The position numbers and the translations under genes are program-made. A DNA stretch of 64,000 nt from contig CBDCWC010000003.1 in NCBI GenBank assembly GCA_965223295.1, forward strand, positions 1,632,001 through 1,696,000, in the 5' to 3' direction. Positions 48,677 to 59,528 of this stretch are shown here, in pieces (the first letter of the stretch is position 1; every line of letters begins with the position of its first letter). This DNA is from Nitrospirales bacterium (GTDB lineage Bacteria; Nitrospirota; Nitrospiria; Nitrospirales; UBA8639). The notes beneath the pieces are model-generated. The model did no database searches. It worked only from the letters and a program-made list of their open reading frames with translations, and was not told the origin of the DNA.

Positions 48677-49516
48677 ATGCTGAATAGACTGAGATTCCTT
48701 TCGACAGTTCTTTTTGTAGGAATATCTGGAATACTCGGTTTTACTAGTGTATTCGCTAGTGATCCGCCACCTGCAGGCGAACCGGTTGGAAGTGTCTCAG
48801 TCAGATTGTATCAGGTTGAAGGCAGTCTTCCTGCGAATGACCCAAATTCTGCTCAGTGGGCTTCCGTGCCAGAGTCAGAATTTAAGTTAGCTCCCCAAGT
48901 GCATTGGCCCGAACGTATTCAGGAGGTGACTGTCAAATCGGTGAAGGTCAAAGGATTGCATGATGGACAGAACCTGGCAATTTTAGTGGAGTATGAGGAT
49001 CCGACTGAAGATCCAGGAGATGCGGCAGCCGTAGAATTTATGGTGGGCGACAAGAAGGCCCATTTTGCTCATGGGCAACCCATGCTTCAGGTTGAAGGAG
49101 GCCCTGTCAATATTTGGTTTTGGAAAAAAGAAAATGGCAAGGCCTTGGATATGACTGCGAAGGGTTTTAAGACCTTGGCCACTCAAGACAAGCAAGATGT
49201 CAACGCAACAGGTTCCTGGGAGGGCGGTGTCTGGAAGGTCGTGTTTACTCGGGCGCTCAAAACAGACGATGAGCAGGATGTCCAAATAGAGCCAGGTGAG
49301 TGGAGAAGTGTCGCCTTCGCCTTCTGGGATGGGGCCGTGGTTGGCGGTCTTGTGAAAGAAAAAGGGAGTCAGAAAGCGGTTTCCTCTTGGTGGTCGATCC
49401 GGGCGGAGCCGAGTGCAGATAATTCTATTTTCGGGTGGGTTATTTTTGGCCTTGCTCTCGCTGCAGGTTTTGAATGGGTCGTGGTACGGAAACTGAGAAA
49501 GGGCCAATCAGCATGA
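48677..49516 (+). CDS. EB_dh (ethylbenzene dehydrogenase gamma-like) heme-binding protein with C-terminal anchor
   Basis: Signal peptide; DAAAVEF, PM, VNIWFWK, GVWKVVFTRAL, VAFAFWDG...EKGSQKAVSSW; C-terminal TM helix. Confidence 0.78.
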   Translation: MLNRLRFLSTVLFVGISGILGFTSVFASDPPPAGEPVGSVSVRLYQVEGSLPANDPNSAQWASVPESEFKLAPQVHWPERIQEVTVKSVKVKGLHDGQNLAILVEYEDPTEDPGDAAAVEFMVGDKKAHFAHGQPMLQVEGGPVNIWFWKKENGKALDMTAKGFKTLATQDKQDVNATGSWEGGVWKVVFTRALKTDDEQDVQIEPGEWRSVAFAFWDGAVVGGLVKEKGSQKAVSSWWSIRAEPSADNSIFGWVIFGLALAAGFEWVVVRKLRKGQSA

Positions 49517-50547
49517 AACGGGTGGCCAAAGGAACAATGACGAGAGCCTTACTACATTTGACGCTATTGGGGTTTTCCTCCACGCTGTTATTTTTTGGCT
49601 GTGCAGGGGATGAACGAACGGCCAAAGGAAAAAAGCTTTATCATCATTATTGCAGTCATTGTCATGGGGAATCTGGTCAACAAGGGGAAGGGTTTAATTG
49701 GGACCACATGCCTGACCCCAGACCAAAAAACTTAGCCTCAAATGCAGAAATGTCGACCTTTAGTGACAAAGAAATATTCGATACGGTTTATCGTGATATG
49801 CGGGATTGGGAAGATCCAGAAGTGTTGGATGACGAGAACTATTTTGCGGTCCCTACAATGCCCACGTTTAAATATACGCTGTCCGAGGAAGAAATTTGGA
49901 ATATTGTGGGTTATGTCCGGACTCTCCATGGGATGTCATTGACTTTTGATATGGCTGGCCGCAAAAAAGAGTTAGAAGAGGCTTTAGCTACTGCACAGCA
50001 GGAAATGGAAACGACGAAAGCAAGCTATGAGGCAGCAGTGGAAAAAGCGGAAGCCGAGCAGGCCGCGTATGAAGATACGTTAACTGATGAGCAGCTTGAC
50101 GAATACGAACCAGAAGACATTGAGTTACCTGAAGAAGAAACTTTCCTTATTGCCAACGAAAAATATGAAAAAGCAAAAGCGGCCGTGGATAATTTTTCCA
50201 AGCGTCCAAAGAAAACCCGCATTGAGCGTCCTGATCTTTCTATTTCTGAAGAAGATTTAGCTCAGCAGGTAGAAACAGGGAAGAAACTCTATACCAATAC
50301 GTATGGATGTAATGGATGTCATAGTCTCAATGATGTGGGCGGGTTGGTTGGTCCGGCTTTAGACCGTGCGGGTGTTCGCTTAAATCCCACATGGGTCTAT
50401 CGTTGGATTCGAAATCCCCAGGCAATAAAAAAACATACAAGGATGCCAAATTTAGGGGCTTCTGATGAAGATGCAAGAGCCCTTACCTACTATTTGGGGA
50501 CCTTACGGGCTCCAATTCCTGACGGTCCCGTTCCTGAACCTGAATAA
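49513..50547 (+). CDS. diheme cytochrome c (probable lipoprotein)
   Basis: FFGC lipobox-like; CSHCH and CNGCH separated by an acidic coiled-coil linker; ATGA overlap with the upstream gene. Confidence 0.9.
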   Translation: MKRVAKGTMTRALLHLTLLGFSSTLLFFGCAGDERTAKGKKLYHHYCSHCHGESGQQGEGFNWDHMPDPRPKNLASNAEMSTFSDKEIFDTVYRDMRDWEDPEVLDDENYFAVPTMPTFKYTLSEEEIWNIVGYVRTLHGMSLTFDMAGRKKELEEALATAQQEMETTKASYEAAVEKAEAEQAAYEDTLTDEQLDEYEPEDIELPEEETFLIANEKYEKAKAAVDNFSKRPKKTRIERPDLSISEEDLAQQVETGKKLYTNTYGCNGCHSLNDVGGLVGPALDRAGVRLNPTWVYRWIRNPQAIKKHTRMPNLGASDEDARALTYYLGTLRAPIPDGPVPEPE

Positions 50548-50624
50548 GTTAGTTTAGTCGCACCTATTTTCCCTACCTATCCAGGTCTTCATCTTTTGCG
50601 TGTATTTCTAGGGTCTCCCCAGAT

Positions 50625-51524
50625 CTAACGGACCCCAAAGAATATTCCTGCCAGGACAATCACTCCAGTCCAGGAATGCTGTTTGAACAGTGTCAACGCT
50701 TGTGCGGGTGTGACCTGCGATCGAAGGAGAATCACTTGATAGCCCATAAGAAGTGCAATACACATAACACCAATAAAGTAAGGTAGCCCCAACCCAGTTA
50801 CCTCACCGGCGATGGATAAAAAAGCCAGCATAAAGAAGGCCGCACATCCAACACCCAGCCATGTATAGGCTCCAAATAAAATAGCTGAGGATTTCACGCC
50901 AATTTTCAGATCATCTTCCTTGTCTTGTATCGCATAAATTGTGTCATAGACAATGGCCCAACAAACAGTGGCCGCAAACAATATCCAGGTTGCTGGTTCT
51001 AAGTCATTTCGGACGGCCGCCCACGCCATCACCCCGCCCCAGCCAAATGCCAAGCCAAGAATGAATTGTGGGATGTGTAGAAACCGCTTACAGAAGGGAT
51101 AGAGCCCGGCTAAAAGTAAGGCCACGGGGCTCAGAAGCCAGGTAAGGGGATTGAGAAACCATAATAGCCCTGCTGCACAGGTGAGTAAGAGGGCTAATAA
51201 CCCCAGGGCATGTTGAGGACGTAATTGTCCTGATGCAAGTGGACGGTGGCGTGTGCGCTCGACCCGCTTATCGAATTGACGATCAGCTAGGTCATTCATA
51301 ATAACTCCGGCACTGCGCATAAGGAATGAACCGGCAATGAACACAGTGAGGAGCTTGAATGATGGCCACCCGCGTGATGCCAGTACCAATGACCATAAAG
51401 TCGGAAAGAGCAAAAGTAGCGTGCCCGTTTGGTTCCAAAGTCGGATAAGATTGGCAAAGGCCTCAAATTTTGATTGGGAGGGAGGAAGCCTAACAGAATC
51501 TGTGGAAGGGGAGTCTGACATCAA
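50625..51524 (-). CDS. ubiA: 4-hydroxybenzoate polyprenyltransferase
   Basis: MRSAG...NDLADRQFD, RTRHRPL, YDTIYAIQDKEDD, GVKSSA. Confidence 0.93.
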   Translation of the reverse strand: MMSDSPSTDSVRLPPSQSKFEAFANLIRLWNQTGTLLLLFPTLWSLVLASRGWPSFKLLTVFIAGSFLMRSAGVIMNDLADRQFDKRVERTRHRPLASGQLRPQHALGLLALLLTCAAGLLWFLNPLTWLLSPVALLLAGLYPFCKRFLHIPQFILGLAFGWGGVMAWAAVRNDLEPATWILFAATVCWAIVYDTIYAIQDKEDDLKIGVKSSAILFGAYTWLGVGCAAFFMLAFLSIAGEVTGLGLPYFIGVMCIALLMGYQVILLRSQVTPAQALTLFKQHSWTGVIVLAGIFFGVR

Positions 51525-51623
51525 AATAAGCGAAAAGAAAATATTCCTGCATCAGGGGAAAATGATCAAGGGTCTCTGGAGAGGGCTGGAAGTGGGATAA
51601 TCCACAACAAGCCAGCAGGTAGC

Positions 51624-52094
51624 TTATTGTACCGTAAATCGGCTGATACAAATAATGTCTTCAGGTGTATTGGAAGGAGCCACCACAACCATCCATTCAC
51701 CTTTATGTCTCTCAGGTTTTAGGGACTTTAAACTCCACATTCGATACCCTGCTGACGGACGAATAGAAAGGTTCACTTCCGAAACTTTTGTCCAAGTCCC
51801 GTCAACTTGGTGATGCCAGCTATGCCGCAAAGTTCCTCGTTTGGCGGCAGCTACTTTGGTCCAAAAAAATACTTTTGAAGTTCTCGAAGCCTCTACAACA
51901 GGAATGGCAGCTTGGCCGTTTTTATCTTTTTCGCAATACGCAGGTGGGGTGAAAATACCGTGAGGATTTCGATTGGTCACGCCTTTGGCAATAATGACCT
52001 TTTCAACACGAAAGTCAGATTTTGCATATACAGAAGTTGTGAGGAATATGATTCCCATACATACCAATGCGGTCCTGACAAAAACAATCGACAC
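51624..52094 (-). CDS. secreted protein, DUF2914-like
   Basis: Signal peptide; VFFWTKV, LRHSW, YRMWSLK, GEWMV. Confidence 0.65.
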   Translation of the reverse strand: MSIVFVRTALVCMGIIFLTTSVYAKSDFRVEKVIIAKGVTNRNPHGIFTPPAYCEKDKNGQAAIPVVEASRTSKVFFWTKVAAAKRGTLRHSWHHQVDGTWTKVSEVNLSIRPSAGYRMWSLKSLKPERHKGEWMVVVAPSNTPEDIICISRFTVQ

Positions 52095-52299
52095 GTTCTT
52101 CCTAGTTTTCCTACATGTTGTCTGAAACTTGTGCTAGGAAATTAGGCGATCTTCCTGTCCATGTCAATGGACGAACAAAGGACGGAATGTAGGGAAAAGA
52201 TGGGTGATTGATATTTTGAACTTCGTGATTTTAAGTTGACGATATCATGTGACGAAAGGTATAAACGAGCGGATCCTTGTCGTTCCTGCTAAATGTTAT

Positions 52300-52424
<125 letters not shown>

Positions 52425-53715
52425 CATTAGGGTGTTAAGTTTGGAGGCTGCGAGAAGTAGGTCGGCTTCATTCACGTTGTTATACCGTTGATGCATCTTT
52501 TCAGATTTATGTCCCACGATCTTCATGGCCGTTACGGTATCAACTCCAGCCCGTCGCAGATTCGTCGCCGCACAATGCCGTAGATCATGAAATCGAAAGT
52601 CTTTGATTCCTGCTCTTTTTATTGCGGTCCTCACGGATGATTTAATCTCACCCAGCGGTCTCCCTTGATATAAAAACACACGGTTCGTCACCAAGCTTTT
52701 GACCCTCGAGAGATCCTGAAGCATTGACCGGACTCCTGGAGTCATAGGCACAAGTCTCGATTTCCCTGACTTCGTATCACGAGCTCCAAGCCGAATAAAC
52801 CCACGTTCAAGGTCAACCCGATCCCAGGTTAAGTGAAGAATCTCACTTAGCCTCATACCCAGGTTATAGGCAACTAACAGAATAGACTGGATGTGCGGCG
52901 AAGCTGATCCCACCAAGCGTTCCCATTCTTCTTGCGTTAAGACACGATCTCGGGCATTTTGAGGATCAGGCATCCGCACTTTTTTGGCTACATTCCGCTG
53001 AACCAGCCCCTTCCGCTCCGCAATACTGAGCAAGTGTTTCAGTATAGTGTGATCATTATTGACAGTTTGAAGACTTGGGGTCTTCCCATTAAGAAGCATT
53101 CGTTGAGCTCGGAAGTGTTCCACATCTTCTGGAGTGAGTTCTTCTAACCCCTTTTTCCCGAAGAACGGAATTAACTGGTATTGAATGGCTGCCACTCGAT
53201 CTTTGTATGATCGCAATGCCTTCACTTCCTCTAACTGAAGGTAGGCTTCTGCCCATTGAGCAAACGTGACACATTGCGCCCGCTCACTCTTCATCGTCCC
53301 CTTCATCAATTCCGTCTTAATCAGGGCCTCCTGCTGCTTAGCCATGGTCTTGTTTGGCGTCCCAGTCTTCCACCGCTTGAGCTTCGCCCCCGGTGCCCCT
53401 CGCGCTAATGACAACACCTTCCCATCATCAAGAACGGGAAACTGCACATACCACCCCTCCTTCCGTTTGGTCAGTCCCATCAGAGATTCCTCCTTTGTGA
53501 AATCGTGAATGATTACTAAGCACGGATACGGAGACTTCAAAGGCGTTTGTGCGGGACTTGAAGAATCCAGGCGACCCATGGAGCAAGGATGCCAGCTGGC
53601 TTTTCCCTCTTCCCCATGATTTCTTCCCGTTGGGTCCCTCTATCACCACACATGACCCCCTTTGTGAGCCCGTCTCGTGCCTCATCTTTCTTTTCAAGCC
53701 TATGCGAGCCCCCTC

Positions 53716-53934
53716 TCACTTATCAAGCGGACGTGGGGGCATAGGCATGACCGAGTTTTCGGAAATCCACGCCTGAAGCTTCTCAGGATCAAACTTCAGC
53801 GCTCCTCCGACTTTGACATAAGGGACACGCCGGTGGCTCACCATTTTGTACAAGGTTTGGGACGTCACTCCCAACCATTCGGCAGCTTCAGTAACATTGA
53901 TTAACCGACTAAAGAATTGCTGTTGCCTATCCAT
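53716..53934 (-). CDS. excisionase-like HTH (HTH_17) protein
   Basis: LINVTEAAEWLGVTSQTLYKMV...VPYVKVGGALKF; RBS GAGGAGG. Confidence 0.85.
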   Translation of the reverse strand: MDRQQQFFSRLINVTEAAEWLGVTSQTLYKMVSHRRVPYVKVGGALKFDPEKLQAWISENSVMPMPPRPLDK

Positions 53935-54047
53935 TACTTTGGTCCTCCTCTAAATGATGGCCTCTCCGACCCTATGAGCGAAAAGAAACAAAACCTACCA
54001 CAGGGTATGGAGCTGGCCCCTCTATTATTAATGTGTGTTATTGGTAT

Positions 54048-55295
54048 CTATTGTTTCTTTTCCTTGTTCTTCAGATCCTCCTGATGATTCAGAGAGGTCA
54101 ATGGCCGACTCAGGATATCCTGATACTTGGCCAGAGGGTAATACAGCCATTCCTGACCGACCTTGGCCGACTCCAGAATCTTTACGGAGACGAGTTCATT
54201 GAGCTGTTGGCGGCACCAAGGCTGACTCCAGCCGAAGTGAGCCTGCACCTTGTTAGCGGTGAGGCCCTCTGGATTAGCGAGTAGGAGCCGTAAGATCTCC
54301 CCCCAGGTCAGGTGAATCGACGAAAGTACTACACGCCGAAGCATCTCGAGCTCGTGGTCTGTTAGACGAGTACGTCCATGGACTCGAGCTAAGGCCCGAC
54401 CCAAGTTCCGTAATTGAAAGGTGCCACGCCACGGTTGTTCCGTTTGGACACCCACAATCTCACGACCGCCCTGTTCCGAACTTTTATAGTCAAGAACGCT
54501 CCGCCCTGCGGCCATCAGTTCGGCCAGGCGGCTGATCCTGTCCTGCACCGCCAGGGTTTCTGGCAGAAGGATGAGGGGGCTGGTCAGCACATCCTCAACA
54601 TGTTCCACCACCAATTGATCCAAGGCCGTCATCTGTTCACGACGGTCCGTTCCATTCCAGATAAGATCAAAGCCCAGCGCCTGTTCGTCTTCGGTCAGCG
54701 CTAATACGCCATAGAAGAGGAACCGCCCCCCAATACTCGACATATATTGTTGATGCTTTTTCAAGGCTTGGGGCGTAATGCACGCGAGGATGGTAAACTG
54801 ACTGTTGCTACTCAACACGCCCACCGTCCCTGTGGCTTTGGCATAGGAGCCATCATAGATTGACTGCAGGTCGCCCAAGATCTTTTGCACGTTCTCCGAC
54901 CTCAAGGAAAAGAGCGTGGTGAGATCTTTGATGATCAAACACCCGCCATTTAATTGAGGTAACAGATCTTGCGCCTTCTTTTTTGTCTTATCGTCCACAT
55001 ACCCACTCAGAAAGCTATTCGGTGTGAGCGTGTCAATAAATGTGGTATGGCTACAGTCCTTGAAAGATAAAATCCGCTGCGTTTTATCCGAGCCCGGGAC
55101 TCCCACATTGATGAGCCAGACGAGGGGAGACCCATCCGACTGACTAATGCCTAAACTGGTGGCCGTAGCCATGGCTAGTTCAAGAATGTCATGGCTAAAC
55201 GGGGAACTGGTTAAGGCACTGAGATTCTGGTGAATGCGCTGTAATCGAAACCTGAGAGAATTGTCTTTGCAATCCTTACCTTCCCAATACTGCAT
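54048..55295 (-). CDS. AAA+ (MCM-like) ATPase with C-terminal winged HTH
   Basis: Walker A-like GVPGSDKT, Walker B-like LIIKD, GGRF finger, C-terminal helix-turn-helix-like segment; RBS GGAGG before MQYW. Confidence 0.65.
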   Translation of the reverse strand: MQYWEGKDCKDNSLRFRLQRIHQNLSALTSSPFSHDILELAMATATSLGISQSDGSPLVWLINVGVPGSDKTQRILSFKDCSHTTFIDTLTPNSFLSGYVDDKTKKKAQDLLPQLNGGCLIIKDLTTLFSLRSENVQKILGDLQSIYDGSYAKATGTVGVLSSNSQFTILACITPQALKKHQQYMSSIGGRFLFYGVLALTEDEQALGFDLIWNGTDRREQMTALDQLVVEHVEDVLTSPLILLPETLAVQDRISRLAELMAAGRSVLDYKSSEQGGREIVGVQTEQPWRGTFQLRNLGRALARVHGRTRLTDHELEMLRRVVLSSIHLTWGEILRLLLANPEGLTANKVQAHFGWSQPWCRQQLNELVSVKILESAKVGQEWLYYPLAKYQDILSRPLTSLNHQEDLKNKEKKQ

Positions 55296-55476
55296 AATTC
55301 GACCTCCAATAAATGTAAACGTTTTAAGATAATAAACGACGAATTTCCGTCTCATTCAGAAAGATAACCACGGTAAAATCGCCTCACTAAAATGAAGGTA
55401 CGGGGAAATGTACTTTAATTTGTCAGGAAGGGAATTAAGTGTCTCTTCGAAGAGTTACGGCCTGAAAGGAAGGGGG

Positions 55477-56169
55477 TTACTCTTGATGTAGGTCATTGAG
55501 GAGAATTTGAATAAGACGTGGATCGGTAGGCAATTCTACCGAAACAATCTTAAGAGCATTGTAGGCCTGATAGGCTACGCGGATGAAATCAATCTCGAGT
55601 GAGGTCGAATCGAACTCCTGGTCAGACTGATTATATTGCATGAAAATTTTATCCATTCGTTTTGTAATTTCTAAACGCGCAAACTTGGTTTTCCCTCTTT
55701 GGCTACTTTGGGACTGAAATTTGGATTCTGCTTGCGCCGCAAGTTGAATGAACGTTTGGAGATTCCGTTCAAATTCATGCTCAAGGAGAGGGAGATAGAA
55801 AGCTCTCTTTTTTATGGCAAGCTCTTTGATTTCTTCTGGGGTATTCCCTCCAAAAGATACAGCAATCTCTGTTTTCAACTTTTGTGAGCACTCTTGAAGT
55901 AATTGTAGAGTTGTTTTGGCTGAAGCTAAGAGCGGCCTGATTTCGGCCAAAAAATTGGCAGGTCGTGGGGCATTATCAAAACAATCAACATAATAGGGGA
56001 AAAACTGTAAGGCCTTCTCGACCTTCTTAATCATTTGCTCCCCCCGTTCGAGGCACGCTTGATCATCTAAGTCGAGAATATCTAAAAGCTCTGTACGAAC
56101 TTCTAGAGGTAAGGAAACAGGAATGCCGTCATGTAGAAAAGTCTCTGCTTTCGGCTTAGCTCGTGGCAT
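55477..56169 (-). CDS. hypothetical protein
   Basis: 230-aa ORF with RBS AAGGGG; helical composition. Confidence 0.7.
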   Translation of the reverse strand: MPRAKPKAETFLHDGIPVSLPLEVRTELLDILDLDDQACLERGEQMIKKVEKALQFFPYYVDCFDNAPRPANFLAEIRPLLASAKTTLQLLQECSQKLKTEIAVSFGGNTPEEIKELAIKKRAFYLPLLEHEFERNLQTFIQLAAQAESKFQSQSSQRGKTKFARLEITKRMDKIFMQYNQSDQEFDSTSLEIDFIRVAYQAYNALKIVSVELPTDPRLIQILLNDLHQE

Positions 56170-56799
56170 GAACTAGCCCCTTTCAAAAAGAGAAGGTTTA
56201 TTCTCGAAGAGAAATATCCCTTAGTAGTTTTATCGGTTCATTGTTGATCAACAATGAGGAAAAACAGATAAGAATGTACAGAACATTTGGCTATGTTCGT
56301 CATTCAAAACCATTGAACAAGGCCCCCTCCCTCTCACTTCCAATGTCCCCTGGTGCGTCCCAGAGACCCGATGGAAAGGAGAAGCCAGAGACGAAGAGTA
56401 ACACTATAGGGATAACTCTATAGAGAGATAGGTGAAGGGGGGCACACCCGGGAAGCACGAGGTCGAGGTGACGCAAGTGAATGACACAGGATGGGATGGA
56501 GATTGGGCCTGCTTCGGCCCTCTTCAATCAGGAGGACAGATGCGGTCAGAATGACCAGAGCATGGTTACAGGATGAGTGGTCGTTGGAAGGAGAGGAGGG
56601 AGAAGCCAGGCAGGGAGGCCCGAAGTCAGAAGACAAAGCCTCCCTATGGAGAAAGGATTTTGAATGAGAAATTTGAGGTGCCCAATATTTAGGATAATAG
56701 AATAGGCTGTGAAGGGATCAGGCTCCAAATGCTGGGGACCATCAGGATGAATACACCATCTAAGAATTTGATACAGAGAACCTAATTGCTTGAGTTGAT

Positions 56800-57506
56800 T
56801 TATGCAGAGCACGCACTAAGATTGCCTTTGTAACGATAAGCCCTTCGGAACCCTAGTTCTTCCGCCTGTTTTACTCGTTCCTGATAACATTCCCCAGGAA
56901 CATCCCCAATGACAACGGCATCGTATCTTTGATCCATAGGTAGATGGAAAATTTTCTCACCGGTCGAGGAGTTAATATTACATTTAATCATTGGATAGGG
57001 CTCAACATCAAAATGCTCTTTAACCTGAACCTTAAGATATTTGGCAAAAAGCTTTGCCTCTTCTGATAACTCGTAGGAGGTTACAAGAACTGGAATAAAC
57101 TGTTTTTTGCAATTTGCCTTTTTTGATTGAATCTGTTTCATCCTGTAGTACTCAGCAGCTCCATGCAATTGAGCAATCACATTTTCGCGTACAGGAAGTC
57201 CTTTGCTCTTGGAAAGACGTTTGCACTGAATGATGAGTACTTCTGAATCCCTGGTGCAAATGAGATCAATGCCTAAATCTTGCTTCCCTTTTTTTGCACC
57301 ATGATAATCAACTTTGTAGCCACGTATTTCATACGTATAACCAACGTATCGCTCATAGTCGATCCCAATTTCCCTTGGGCTTTTCTTTCTATCCCTATAT
57401 CTGTCCAACGCTAATTGTTTCTGTTCTGTTGGCGAGAGCTTTTTCCATTCAATCTTATTAACATAACGCTTAATTGGATCGTCTGGCTCTTCATCTATTC
57501 CATCAC
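56800..57506 (-). pseudogene. Mrr-like (PD-(D/E)XK, D...QCK) endonuclease, 5'-truncated by an IS3 fragment
   Basis: YERYVG, DLGIDLI, IIQCKR. The frame stays open upstream (SDGIDEEPDDPIKRYVNKIEWKKLSPTEQKQLALDRY) up to the IS end at ~57507. Confidence 0.7.
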
Positions 57507-57785
57507 TGTAAGCTTCCCCAAAATGTAGACAGATTAAAAGTAGAGCTTTCTGGCAGAATAGCCCAGGAGGTTCTCATGAAAACGAGTCGATTCAGCGAAA
57601 CCCAAATCGTCGCCATTTTGAAACAAGGTGACGCCGGCATCAAGGTCAAAGACCTGTGTCGAGAGCATGGCATCAGCGATGCCACCTATTACAATTGGAA
57701 AGCGAAGTACGGGGGGCTCGAGGCATCGGATCTCAAACGTCTGAAGGAAACAGAAGGCGAGCTATCCAAGCTCAAGCGAACATGC
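57507..57785 (+). mobile_element. truncated IS3-family (IS407-group-like) element: left end plus partial orfA
   Basis: IR-like TAAGCTTCCCCAAAATGTAGACA; orfA from 57576 (MKTSRFSETQIVAILKQ...TYYNWKAKYGG); no orfB. Confidence 0.88.
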
Positions 57786-57809
57786 ATTGTTCACCCAGAA
57801 ATATCCGAG

Positions 57810-58691
57810 TTAAGAAAATCCCATGTTCTTTTGTAGACAGTCAGCTTCGGAGCGAATATCATCTAATTTGGATATCAATGAGACAGCATCAAGCCAACCC
57901 TTTTCTTGGCTAGATACCAACACCTGCTTTTCAAGCACTCCCTGAACGTCAATGTCAGTGTCAAGTCTCTCAAGAACCATAACACTTAATTTGTCTGCTA
58001 ATTTAATGCAAGCGACTGTGGCTTCATCAGTTGCAGGCCTTGTGATTTCATCGTTTGAGGGATTGTGATGATCGCGAACAACAGTGGCAATTTCTTCTGG
58101 CAAACCCCATTTCTTGCAGGCGTATGAGCCTAAGGCGGCATGAGTGTACTTGAACACTTCCACATCAGCCTCGATTAACTCATCTGGAGTATGCCAGTTC
58201 GATTCGTCAACATCCTTGAGATGTTGTGGTGCGTGCTCAAACATGACAAAGCGTCCTATGTCATGTAAAAGCCCACATAAATAGGCCTTCTCTGGATTAA
58301 CTTCTAACTGGAGGATCATGTTGGCCAGACACTTAGATGTGACCGCTACAGATATTGAGTGAGTCCATAATTTGATTTGATCTTTGCCTGATGGCACAAA
58401 AACTTTTTGCACTGCAAGCGAAGCTACTAAGTTTCGAACAGTGTCAGTTCCTAATCGAACTACTGCCTCGTTGATCTTTACTATTGGATGAGTAGGAAGG
58501 AAGGCAGGAGAATTGGCTAATGCTATAACTCGAACCGCAAACGGTGGATCTTCCTCGACAAGCTGCACAAAATTTTCGTAATACTGATCTGAGTCGGGAT
58601 TGAGTTGCATAATTTTAACCAATACCATAGGAAGTAATGGAAGTTCGTCTACTTTTATCTTCATCTGCTCAAGGTGAGCGTTTACATCCAT
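57810..58691 (-). CDS. HDOD domain protein
   Basis: LPLLP, DPPFAVRVIALANS, AVVRLG, GLLHDIG, HAALG...WGLP. Confidence 0.92.
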   Translation of the reverse strand: MDVNAHLEQMKIKVDELPLLPMVLVKIMQLNPDSDQYYENFVQLVEEDPPFAVRVIALANSPAFLPTHPIVKINEAVVRLGTDTVRNLVASLAVQKVFVPSGKDQIKLWTHSISVAVTSKCLANMILQLEVNPEKAYLCGLLHDIGRFVMFEHAPQHLKDVDESNWHTPDELIEADVEVFKYTHAALGSYACKKWGLPEEIATVVRDHHNPSNDEITRPATDEATVACIKLADKLSVMVLERLDTDIDVQGVLEKQVLVSSQEKGWLDAVSLISKLDDIRSEADCLQKNMGFS

Positions 58692-59070
58692 ACAGAACCT
58701 CACAACTTTGTGGGTTTTTTCTAAAGTTATCGGTTATTCCTGGCTACACTGACTTAAGGAATCTTCAGCTTTTACCATGACCGCTTTTTAGTCGATACCA
58801 AACCTGCAGCTGACTCAAAAAGATATCTTGCTCATCTTGAATTGAGAGTTTCGCTTTCCTATAAACCACACGTATGAAATAACCTAAAAGCAATGAATAA
58901 TATCATTCATAGGCCACCCTAACGTAGATTTTTCCCCAAGCCAGAACCGACAATTTAAGAAAACATCTTGCGAAAAGGCTAAACCAATCCATTCAGAAAC
59001 ATCGAGAGACGTATTCATTCACCTTACAAGGTTTATTGAATAAAGGAAAGAAAAGATTTACATGGAAAGA

Positions 59071-59253
59071 CTAGGCATTCGCCTCTGGCAGCTTCGGTGC
59101 ACTCTGCTTTCCCCATTCCAACAACTGAATGGTTCGACCCAAAAGTTCCTTGGCATGGTCGGCAGAAAGACCATGCTGAACAATGACGCCCATGAGCTGT
59201 TCAATAACGGCATTCTCTTGAGCGGTGAATGGTTGGGAAGATGGGCAAGACAT
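59071..59253 (-). CDS. small hypothetical protein
   Basis: 60 aa; RBS GAGGGG; amphipathic helices. Confidence 0.4.
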   Translation of the reverse strand: MSCPSSQPFTAQENAVIEQLMGVIVQHGLSADHAKELLGRTIQLLEWGKQSAPKLPEANA

Positions 59254-59528
59254 GGGTTCCCCCTCTTCTCTGATGCTGGAAACTCCCCATTCGGGGTATA
59301 GGCGTGAATCTAAGAATTTGCGAGAATGTGTTGGTATAGTTGCTTTCTTAATCATCCCGGCCTCTGGGGGAATCTTCCTTCAGGGGCCGTGGTGCTTCTA
59401 AAGCAGACCCCATGATTTCTCCGTTTCATCTGTGCTGTCTCTAAATTTGAGGGTTCATCATCTGATCTTCCCATGGAATATCGGACACCGAGTTAAGAAT
59501 TATATAATAATTCGAAACGAGGTATTGA

